Shown here one piece after another: positions 48,582 through 59,790 of a stretch of 64,000 nucleotides of DNA. Position numbers and translations under genes: made by a program. Location: NCBI GenBank assembly GCA_965112735.1, contig OZ218962.1, positions 434,001-498,000 of the forward strand, in the 5' to 3' direction. This stretch comes from Phaeosaccion multiseriatum (lineage: Eukaryota > Protista > Ochrophyta, other classes). The notes beneath the pieces were generated by a model. It was not told the origin of the DNA. It ran no database searches and saw only the letters and a list, made by a program, of their open reading frames with translations. The number at the start of each line of letters is the position of its first letter. Within the stretch, counting starts at the first letter, position 1.

Positions 48582-51500
48582 ATGGAGCAGCGGCGGCAGC
48601 AGCAGCAGCAAATCAAGAGCAAGGCGCTGACCTTGGCGTTCCTCGTCAGCAGCGCGGAGGCATTCAACGTGGTGCAGAGCCTGCGGGCAGAGGGCGTCTT
48701 CTCTCGCTCCTCCTCCAGCAGGAGGAGCGGTATCAGCAGCAGCAGCAGCATCAGCACCAGCACCAGCAGCATTTTCGTATCGTCTCCGTGGATCGCCGCC
48801 CCCACCACTGGTAGCAAAGCCAGCATGGTCATGTCAACACGAATGGGCCCGGACTCCTCGAAGCAGACGACACGCAATCCCAACCCCAACATGGTGCCGC
48901 CTCACCCCGTCGTCTCCTCCGTGCGGACGCTGGCCACGCTACTGGCCGTCTCTTCCATGGCTCTGGGCATCATACTGGGGGCACCACGCTCCGCGGCGGC
49001 TGCAGAGCCCGCCACACAGATGACCACGACGACCACAAAGACCGCACGAGCAGCAGGAGGCGTGAGCGAGATCCGCTACTCGGACTTCATCAATGAGGTG
49101 GAGAACGGGAAGATGGAGAAGGTGTCTTTCTCCTCCGACGGGACGCGCCTCGTCGCCGTGGACTCGGATGGTATGCGTGTGAAGATGGACGCCATCCCCC
49201 CCGACCCAGAGCTTCTCTCCATCCTCACCTCCAACAATGTGGGTGGGAGGATGCATAGCCCGAGCAATACATGTTTATAAATGTTTATATGTTGATGTCC
49301 CAAACCCTGAGCCCTGTGACCCTGAGCCCCGACCCTGACTCTGATTCTAGCCCCGACCCCTGACCACGGACCCTAGCTACCCTCACCCTCTCTGCTGACA
49401 TGCCCCACACTCCACCTTCGCCCCATCCCCCCCCCCAACAGGTGGATGTGGAGGTCATGCCTGCCTCTGAGCAGGGCGGACCCTCCATCGACACGGGCAA
49501 GCTCATCCTCCCCGCCATCCTCCTGGGGGCGCTGGGTGCCTACGTGCAGGTGCGTGTATGTATGCACGCATGCATGTATGCTCTTGTATGTATGCATGCA
49601 TGCATGCGTCTGTGCGTGCGTGCGTGCGTACGTTGGATGGCAGGGGATGGGGGGGGGGGGAGAGGACAACACGGTGGACGTCAAGGCCGAGGCTGGTGGG
49701 GCTGGGCTGGGCTGTATCACCAACTGCTGTGCAGGGCTATATTGTGCTCTCCACAGTCGTGCGTGCTTCCATTGGTCTTCTTGAGGGGGGCGAGAGGAGA
49801 GCTAGTGACTATCGCTCACCCCAAATGTGGCGGTTTTCTTCTCTGCCACGCTTTGCTCTCTACTCCTTCCCTCCCATCCCCTCCCCTCCTTTCCTCCCCT
49901 TCTCTCTCTTCCCCTCCTCCCACAACACTCCACAGACGCGCGTCTTGGGCCCCAAGGACGGTGAAGGCGGAGAAGACAACGGCGATGAGCAGATGAGACC
50001 ACCCCCACCCCCCGGCATGGGCAGAGGAGGCCCACCGGGGCGTGGAGGAATGCCCAACCCATCCGAGTTCGCAAAGTCCAAGAGCAAGGTCCAAGTCAAT
50101 CCTGATACGGGTGTTGTATTCTCCGACGTCGCCGGCTGTGACAGCGCTAAACTGGAATTGGAAGAGGTGGTGGACTTCCTGCAGTACCCCGACCGCTACA
50201 CCGAGATTGGCGCCAAAATCCCCCGGGGGGTGCTGATGGAGGGCCCCCCTGGGACGGGAAAGACGCTTCTGGCCAAGGCCGTGGCAGGGGAGGCAGGTGT
50301 GCCCTTCATTGCGGTTTCCGGGTCTGAGTTTGTGGAGATGTACGTGGGAGTCGGTGCGTCGCGAGTGCGAGATATGTTTGCAAAGGCCAAGGAGAACGGT
50401 GAGTGGCCTTTGTTGTGTTTCCTCCACACTGGACTACAAGACTACGCTCTGGGCCTGGGCCGGCGGCCTCCGCCGGCCCCCCTCGGCCGCTCGCTTTTCA
50501 GCTCTTGGGCCTGGTAGGCCAGTAGAACCGAGCACTACGCCCCTAGCTACTTCTCACTCGCACTAACTCATACTCCCTCACTCCCTCCCTTCCTCCCTTC
50601 CTCCCTTCCTCCCTCCCTCCCTTCCTCCCTCCCTCCCTCCCTCCCTCCCTCCCTCCCTCCCTCCCTCCCTCCCTTCCTTCCTTCCTTCCTTCCTTCCTTC
50701 CTTCCTTCCTTCCTTCCTTCCTTCCTTCCTTCCTTCCTTCCTTCCTTCCTTCCTTCCTTCCTTCCTTCCTTCCTTCCTTCCTTCCTTCCTTCCTTCCTTC
50801 CTTCCTTCCTTCCTTCCTTCCTTCCTTCCTTCCTTCCTTCCTTCCTTCCTTCCTTCCTTCCTTCCTTCCTTCCTTCCTTCCTTCCTTCCTTCCTTCCTTC
50901 CTTCCTTCCTTCCTTCCTCCCTTCCTCCCTTCCTTCCTTCCTTCCTCCCTTCCTCCCTTCCTCCCTTCCTCCCTTCCTCCCTTCCTCCCTCCCTTACTCC
51001 CTTCCTTCCTTCCTTCCTCCCTTACTCCCTTCCTTCCTCCCTTCCTTCCTTCCTTCCTTCCTTCCTTCCTTCCTTCCCCTCTCACCTTCTCGCACGCAGC
51101 TCCTTGTATCATCTTTATCGGTAAGTAAGGGAGGGAGGTGTTGTCGTCTTCTCACTTGTCACTTCATCGGAATGCTGATAGCTACTTTACGTATTCTGTA
51201 ACGGCGCGCAACAACAGATGAGATCGACGCGGTCGGACGCCAGAGAGGTGCAGGAATGGCTGGCGGCAACGACGAGAGAGAGCAGACGCTCAACCAGATC
51301 CTCGTGCAGATGGACGGCTTTGAAGGAAGTGAGTTCTGTTGTACGCGACGGCTCGCATCGCACGTCACTTGCTTAGGATAAGCTCTAGCGCCACCGAGCA
51401 AGAAGTTTATCGGAGGCAGCACAAAGGACACCAAAGAGTCTGTGGCATAGTACCCTAACCCTCTTTGCTCCTTTCGACTTCTTCCTTCGATATCTACCTC

Positions 51501-52114
51501 AGATGTAGGGATCATCGTCATCGCCGCGACCAACCGTGCCGATATCCTCGACTCGGCCCTCACCCGTCCAGGGAGGTTCGATCGTCGCGTGCTTGTAGAC
51601 CTGCCCGACGTGGACGGTCGTACGGCCATCCTCAAGGTAGAAGGCGCCCTGCTGATCCCTGACCTCTAAGTCTGAGTCTGAGTCTGAGTCTGACTCCTGC
51701 GCGTGAGCCTGACCAGAGCCCCTCCCCCCACATCCACTACCATCCGTCCTCTAACCCCCGCCCCATCCACTGCCACCCATCCTCCGCTCTCCCCATCCAC
51801 TGCCATCCCTCGTCTAACCGCTCCCCATCCACTGCCATCCGTTCATCCTCAGGTGCATGCCCGCGGCAAACCCCTTGCCAAAGACGTCGACCTCGAAGCC
51901 ATCGCCCGCCGAACACCGGGCTTCAGCGGGGCACAGTTACAGAACCTGCTCAACGAGGCCGCCATCTTCACCGCAAGGAAGAAGAGGGTGGTCATCGAGT
52001 GGGACGATGTCGACAGGGCGGTGGATCGGCTCATGATCGGGGTGGAGAAGAAGGACGGAGGAGGCTTTACGTCGACGGCGAGGGAGATTGTCGCCTACCA
52101 CGAGGCCGGCCATG

Positions 52115-52174
<60 letters not shown>

Positions 52175-53545
52175 ACCTCCCCTCCCCTCCCCTAAATCCC
52201 TTCCCCCTCCCCTCCCAAACGCATCCACTGCCATCCCCACCCTCTAGCTATCATCGGCGCCCTGATGCCTGACTACGATATGGTACAGAAGGTATCAATC
52301 GTGCCGCGCACAAGTGGGGCGGGAGGAGTCACTTTCTTCTCTCCCTCAGAGCAGAGACTCAAGACCGGCATGTACAGCAGGTACGTGAGCATCTACCCAC
52401 CCGCTGACATATGCACGCCTTACCCCCCTATATTGACTATGTATATCGATCAATCTGAAGATGCGGTCCGTTGACTCTTCATAAGTACAGTAAGCCGAAA
52501 CGCCAACCGAAAAACGCAAACGCAAACCGCACCCCCCCCGTCCCTGTCATAGGCAATACCTGGAGGCCCAGCTGGCGGTGGCCCTGGGGGGCAGGCTGGC
52601 AGAGGAGCTCATCTACGGGGAGGACTCGGTCACAACTGGCGCACAAAACGACCTCAAGCAGGTGGGTATGTTGGTAGTACAGGGGTGTTTTGGTGATACA
52701 AGCGGGGCGTAGGTGGGTCTCCGGGGTATGTGTGTGGGAAACTGATGCATGCCCGCTCTTGCCTTCGCCCCTCCCCTCCCCCCTCTGTCCCTCCCTCCCC
52801 TCCCTCCCCTCCCCCCCTCTCCAGGTGGACAACATCGCCCGCAGCATGGTGACAGAGTGGGGCTTCTCTCCCAAGGTCGGCCCCATGGTGGTGGGAGGGG
52901 AGAGTCAATCTGTTGGAGGGGCTCCGCCCGCGATTGGCAGCAAGCTGCAGAAGACGGGTATGTATGTGCCTAGCTGACTCTCTCCTCTCCTCTCCTCTCC
53001 TCTCCTCCCCTCTCACCCCTCCTCGCTTCTCGCTCTCCCTGGACAGATCTCCTCCTCCTCACCTCCTCCTCACCTCCTCCCTCCTCCCCCTCCTCCCCCT
53101 CCTCCCCCCCATACGCCCCTTACTCCCTCCCCCAACACCTCCACTGCCCCCCCTCCTCCCCTCACAGTTGACGACGAGGTGACCCGCCTGACCAACAACG
53201 CCTACGTCACGGGCAAGAAGATCCTCTCTGAGAACGCTGAGCTCCTGGAAGCCCTCGCACAGAGACTACTCGAGCAGGATCAGGTGAGCGCGGAGGAGAC
53301 TCACGCCTCCAATCCCCTCCCTCCCCGTCCGCTGCCACCCATCCATACCTACCTCCACTGCCATCCACCCACCCATTCACTGCCACCCATCCATCCCTGC
53401 ATCCATTGCCATCCCCCAGGTGACGGCGGAGGAGCTATCTCTGATGATCATGGACGCAAAGGCGGTGACGATGGCACCCTACGACGTGTACGGAGAGAGC
53501 AAGCAGTACGCAGAGATGCCCTTCAGGCACTATCCGGCCCTCTAA
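48582..53545 (+). CDS. ftsH: Plastid-targeted ATP-dependent zinc metalloprotease FtsH, multi-exon
   Basis: Leader '[13 protein letters not shown]', 'IRYSDFI', '[21 protein letters not shown]', Walker A 'GPPGTGKT', split Walker B 'PCIIFID|EID', '[21 protein letters not shown]', Zn motif 'HEAGH', stop TAA at 53543-53545. Confidence 0.96.
50578..51075. repeat. Compound (CCCT)n/(CCTT)n polypyrimidine tract, ~500 bp, in an FtsH intron
   Basis: Directly visible tetranucleotide arrays immediately upstream of a ~22-nt micro-exon. Confidence 0.95.
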
Positions 53546-53796
53546 GGAGATATAGATGGCAGTGGGTGGATTGGATGGCAGTGGATGGACGCATGGCCGT
53601 GGATTGGTGGAAGGAGGGAAGGAGGGAAGGAAGGGAGGAAGGAGAGGAAGAAGGGGGGGGTAAGGAGTAAGTAGACTGTAAACAAAGTAGGGCAGAACGA
53701 GATTTGTTGATTTAGTTACAAAGGAAAGGAGGACGATGGGACCCGAGCGAAGGACACATATTGGGCATATTGGGGACGAGGATGGCAGTAAATGGG

Positions 53797-53856
53797 GGAT
53801 GGCAGTGGATGGCAGTGGATGGTAGTGGATGGCAGTGGATGGCAGTGGATGGCAGT
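53797..53856. repeat. (GGATGGCAGT)x6 decamer minisatellite
   Basis: Six tandem units, one with a C>T change; related units are dispersed elsewhere in the window. Confidence 0.9.
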
Positions 53857-54264
53857 GATGTGACACTCTGGGGCGGTGCCGCACAGGCAGCAAACTGAAT
53901 GAAGTGGGCAGCAGGGGACATTGCATGTATTGATTGAAGGGCAACAGGGGACATTGCATGTATTGATTGAAGGGGAGCTCCCCTGCAGGCAAGTAAGTCC
54001 CCCGCCCCCTTCGACTGCGATTATTGAAGTAAGACTTATGGATGGAAAAGGTGATTGGGTCAGGCAAGACCCCCCTGTGTGGCATACGGAAGTACGGATT
54101 GAAAAGGTTATTTGGTAAGCCATTGAATAATAGCTTATTAGGGAAGAAGGGAGGAAGTGATGGTTGTGTGTGCGCGTGCGTGCGCATGCATACGCACTCA
54201 TGGAAATATAGCACATGAGAGACGGGAAGAAGAAGAAGTGTCAGTTTCGGTTTCAGTTTCGGTG

Positions 54265-55205
54265 TCAGCTCGGGGTAAGTTTGGTATCCTTGGCTTCTGC
54301 CCCTGCCACTGCGCCCGTCCCTGCGCCTGCCCTCTTCTCTCTATGCACTCCCGTGTTCTCCCCCTCCGCCCCCTCCACAGAGTACATCTGCACACCTGGT
54401 GCTGTCATCATCACCAGACCCCGGCCCCCCTTTCCTCCCCGCCCAGCCCTACGCGCCGCCCCTCCTCCACCTCCACCTCCACCTCCTCCTGCTGCTGCTG
54501 CTCCTCCTCCTCCTCCTCCTACTCCTCCTCCACCACCACCACCTCCACCACCACCTCCTCCTCCTCCTCCTCCTCCTCCTCCACCACCACCACCACTACC
54601 ACCACTCCCTTGGCTTATTCTCCGCGCCTCGTCCTCGAGGAGGGGAGCATCAAACTCCACAGTCCTTGCGCTTTCACCGCTCCGCCCCAACGTGTCGCTG
54701 CTTGAAAGTCCTTCTCCCTCTATCCGTGCGTATTGCCGGTCGCGCTGCAGTGTGAGCGTGAGTGAGTGAGTGAGTGAGTGAGAGTGAGAAGCGAAAGGAG
54801 GGCGCAAGAGAGAGTGAGAGAAGAGAGTTGAGAGAGAGGAAGGGAGAGAGAAGAGCGTTGTATGTGTGTGTGTGTGAGAGTGAGAAAGCCCCCCCACCCC
54901 CCCCACCCTACCCCACCCTACCCTACCCTACCTTGGAATCCCCAGCGCCGCCAGTGAAGATGGCCCCCACACACGCCGCCAGGGAGCCCGACACGCACAC
55001 ACACACAGCCGCCACGCGACCAAGTACGGCATCGCACGCCCCTCCCCCGACAGGAAGGCGCCAAAGCCCCTCGGACTGGCGAAGGATGAAGGCGGCAGAG
55101 AGCATGTACGAGAGGAAGATGGCCAGGATGGCGGCGAGGAGGATGAAGCAGACCTTCCGCCAGGGCCGGTGGAGGTGGGGGGCGGCTGGGGGCGCAAAGG
55201 GGTCT

Positions 55206-55254
<49 letters not shown>

Positions 55255-58153
55255 GGGGGGTTGGGATGGGGGATGTCGAGTGGGGGAGAGAAAGAGGGGG
55301 GGGTCACACTGGTAAGTGCGTGCCATGTTGCACACATTTAATGACTGACGACAGAGCGTGTTGCACACACTTCCTCCCCCTCCCCTCACTGCCTCGCTCC
55401 CTCGCTTCTCCCCCTCTCATCTGTCTCCACCCCTCCCTCCAATCCTCAAGTCTCTCGTCTCCCTCCATCCCTCCCCTCTCTCTCTGTCGCCGACCCACTC
55501 ACTGCTTGTAGTGGTATCCCCAGAGCCTGCCGCAGTGCCAACAGACACCGAGCCTGCCCCGCCAGATGCGTCCCCCTCCCCCTCGTGCTTCGTACTGGTG
55601 TGGGGTGTGAAACTCTCAATGATATTCCCATCTCTCAACACGCCGCAGAGCCGGTTGGTCGGGGGCAGCTTCTTCGAATTGACGGGGAGGCTGGTGAACC
55701 ACTGCATAAGCTCAAACACGCTTTGAGGAGAACCTCCCTTCCTCTCCTCCTCCTCCTCCTCCTCCTCCTCCTCATCCCCCCCCTCCCCCGGTAGTGACTT
55801 TCCCCCCCTGCCCCCCACCACGAAGGAAGGGAGCCCTTGGACCAGTCCACCGTCGGAGTCGTCTTCAGGGAAGGTCCCGGTCCGGCCGATGATGATCGGA
55901 TTGGAGGGCATGTCGTCGAGCTTGTAGCTTGTCCAGCACAAGTTGGTTCCGTTGAATACATCCACCTCGCCCGTCAGGCTGAAGAATGCCGCGGCATCCC
56001 TCCCCAGCACGGCGGCCTGCGTGACGCCTCTCACAGATGGCAGCACAAGGCGTGGGATGAGGGCCATCCTGTCCATGTCAAACAGGTCCACAAGCAGGGA
56101 AGAGGAGCCACTGGCGCTCACCCCTCCCGCAAAGAAGGCAATGGGGCGTGTGCTGTCGGCGAATTTGACGTGAATGACGGCCGCCCCCATGCCATAGCGT
56201 GAGTCACTCAGCTGCGCTTCTCCACTCCACGCCCAACTGTCTCCATCCCACACGTCAAGGCGGCTTGATAGAAAGCCGTCCAGTGTAAACCTGCCGCCTG
56301 CGAACAAGCACTTGGGGCCGTAGCAAAGCGTTGCCATGTCGAACCTCGGAATGGGCAGTATGGGGGCCGGGAGGAAAGACCCCTTCACAAGCCCACTCCC
56401 ATCTACGGACTCCTCCCGAAATATGTCAACGGAGGACGTCGCCCTATACACCTTTGCCTCTCCAGCGTATCCAACAAACACGATCCCCCCCGCCACGATG
56501 ACGTGTGGTGTGCGCTGCTGTTGCTGTCCATCGGAGGAGGTGACCATGGGGTCCACAGGGGCCGGGCGCGACCAAAACACACCCGCTGGAGGAGGCAGAG
56601 GAGGGGAAGGGCGGGGACGGGAGGGAGAGTTAAGAGAGAGGGGAGAGAGAGAGAGAAAAAAAGAGGGAGAGAAAGAGAGAGAAGCACCGAAAACGGCCGA
56701 AACTGAAAAAAAGGCAAGAAGACACCCACCCCCATTTAGGTAAGGTTGTGTACTGCACCCTCCATTTTTGTTTGATACTGAGTACTGACGTCCAACTGGA
56801 CGTCAGCACCCACCCACCCACCCACCTGCGGCGCTGTACTTGTCCTCCGAGAGGCGCTCGCTGGTCCACACCGCCACCTCCTCGGGGCCGGGCCCCATAC
56901 TGAACACGTCCAGGGTGCCTGTGGGGCTGCAGTCTTGTACCAGCAGCTGCGATAGAGAGAGGGAGGGCAGGGGAGGGAGGGAGGGAGGGAGGGAGGGAGG
57001 CGAAGGAGTCAGGCGATCAGACTACTCTGGCAGTGAATCGGCTCTACTATGGACAGCAGGCAGTATGCGGCCCCTACTACTCCGCTCACCACCCACCCAC
57101 AGACCCACACCCACTCACCCACCGTCACCCCCACACACTCCCACACCCCCCCACCCCCCCTCGGCCCCACACACCCACACGTCCACACCCACACGCCCAG
57201 ACCACCACCACACCCACCAACAGCCACCTCCCCCCCATCCACTACCATCTCACCTCCTTCTGTGTTCCCTCTTTGGCCTCCGCCCCGCACCCCCCCGCGA
57301 AGTACACCGCCTTGCCGGAGGAGCACGTTGCCATGTCCACTCGAGGCGCGGAGAGGGAGGAGCTGCTCACCGTGGCCACGCCCCGAGAGGTGTCCGCGTT
57401 GAGCTCGTCCTCGGCCTCAGCTTCAGCGTCAGCCTTGGCCGTGAGGATTCCCTCTGCCTTACCCCCCTCCTTCGTCGGCGTGTGAAAAGCGCCTCTCTTC
57501 TTGCTGTTGCTGCTACTGCTACTGCTACTGGTGCTCCTCTTGGCAGCAAGACTGGCGTTCTCGGCGTCGTCCCGCTGCTGCTGTCCATCCCACGTGCCGG
57601 TGCTTGTGGAAGTAGCACCACCACTAAGCTGTCGCTCTCTCGTCATCCCTCCCGTATTCTTCACCACGATGACATCGATATCCCGCGAGAGAGTGGTGTC
57701 CTGGACCACCGCTGAAGAGTCTCCTCCACCAGTTGGTGATACGGCGCTCTCGACCAGCCCCCCCGCAAGGAACAGGACGTCCACCCCGTCTCGGCTGAGC
57801 AGCGCTGCCTTCATCGCGTCTCTTCTCCCGATACTCAGCATCTCCTCCCCTCCTCTCTGGGCGCCGTTGCTGCTACTCTTACCGTCACCGCCGCGTGTGC
57901 TGAGCTGCCGCCAACAGAAGCCCACGTCCACGTCTGAGGCGCTGCTTCCATCGTTTGGACTCCCGCGCACACCGAGGAAGCAGGCTGCCAACAGCAGGGC
58001 CCGACGGAGCAAGGGCCTACTCGTCTCGGGTCGGCTTCCGTAAGCAAGTCCCTTTGGAGAGGAGGCAGTACAGCGCACCCACGAACACGGCCTCGCGGAG
58101 CAAGGGCGTTTCCGCCCAGCCCTTACCCCCCTCTCCTCCCCACCACTCGCCAT
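54265..58153 (-). CDS. Kelch-repeat (beta-propeller) protein with C-terminal transmembrane segment(s), multi-exon
   Basis: Repeated 'LS.PR.DMA.....YFAGG', 'LFAGG', 'FFAGG...VDLFD' kelch blades. A hydrophobic exon at ~55160-54932 reads 'VCFILLAAILAIFLSYMLSAAFIL'. Start and exon borders are approximate. Confidence 0.7.
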
Positions 58154-58716
58154 CGCTAACTCTCCTAAGCTGCAGCTCTCTTTCCCTTTTCTATCTCTTC
58201 CTCTTTTTTCTTCCCACATCTTTGGGCCCTCAGTTTCCTTCCTCTGCTTTGAGGGCCTAGAGCCCCTGTTGACTACACTGGTTGACGCCCTTTGCCGGCT
58301 CAACTCTGGCCTTCATTCTACTCTCTTTTTTCTCTCCTCTCCCCTCTCTTTGGCATTTGGCGTGCTGTATCTTTCAGTTTCAGTTTCCCGTTGAAATGCG
58401 ATCTCTCACTCTCACGAGATTGATTGACAAGTGTGGGGTGTGGCGGGGGGCGGGGAGGGAGCGTTCATCATCCATCCCCTTATGCGTGTTGGTTGTCTCA
58501 CGTGAAGCATCCTCAACTTGCTGGTCAGATAAAAAAGCACTTGAAACGGGCAAATCAGGGTTAAACCTCAAGGCTAAGAGACGATGTACAATAGAGAGGA
58601 CATAGAGATGTGGTAGGGGGGTTGCCGCAGTTGTCTTGCTTCTGCAGTACTCGGAAGGTAAGGGGTGCTGGACCGCTGCAACGTTTGCAAAAGTCTTGTC
58701 TCTTCCCCCCAAAAAC

Positions 58717-59720
58717 ATGAAGAAGGCCCTGGACACACTGACTGCAGCTGCACTGGGTGGGGCTCTCGTCAAAGAGGAGGGCAGCGATGTGAAGCCTGTC
58801 GGTGGGCCCGTAAAGTTTTCGGTGGATGGGGTGTTCATTGGCGAGATGGATGTCCGGCAGCTAAAGGCTGCCTGCAAGAGGCTATCGCTGCCTACCAACG
58901 GCCTGAAGGAGGACCTTCGGAAGCGCCTGGACGCTCGGTTCAGAGGGGCGCCAGTGATGGATCAAGAGGAGAGGCAGGGGTGGGAGGGCGACGACGACGA
59001 CGAGGAGGAGGAGGAGGAGGAGGAGGAGCAAGGTCAAACCCAGACACGGATACTAGCGCCATCACCAGCTCGTGACAGTGACGGCGATGCTGATGTGCCA
59101 AGCCCTAGCCAGAAGGCTGTTGTGAGGGCTGGGCTGTTCTCCATGTCAGTGGGGGGTGAAGAATGGGGAGGAGAAGGGCGCGGGGCCAAAGAGGGCGAGA
59201 GGGGTGCAGGCGACGGCGAGGGGGGAGGGGGGAGAGACGGCGTACAAGCTGCTTGTGCTGCGACGCCAAACAACAAGAAGGGCGACCCACAGCGAAAAGA
59301 GGAGGGAGGGGACAACATCTGGTCCTTTTTTGGCGACATTGGCAAAGGCCTCAACAAGTTCTTAACCCCCAAGCCGAAGCGGAAATCGCTGCAGAAAACT
59401 CCTCCTCGTCCTGCTACTGACACTGCTGCTGGGACCAGGCCCAATGAGGCATCGCGAGTGGTCGAAGAGGGTGTGGGTGTCGCACGGAAGGGAGGGGCGG
59501 TGGAAGAGGAGGAGAGAAAGGAAGAAGGGGTGCAGGAGGGGGCAGCAGCGACTCTCCTGCGCAGAAGCTCCCTACCTGCCCCTCCTCGTCGCTCACATAT
59601 GGTGCACGCCTCTCCGGCAGCAGCAGCACGAGCAACGCCAACTGGCGACGATCACGGAGGAGGAGAGGGAGGAGAAGGAGAAGGAGGAGGAGGAGGAGGA
59701 GGAGGAGGAGAAGAACAAGC

Positions 59721-59790
<70 letters not shown>

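Noticed and set aside
53894-53975. Two ~33-bp direct repeats that look CRISPR-like (also short duplications at ~5553-5600 and 47291-47335)
   Set aside because: Only two adjacent copies with no unique spacers and no cas genes, in a eukaryotic context; these are simple tandem duplications.
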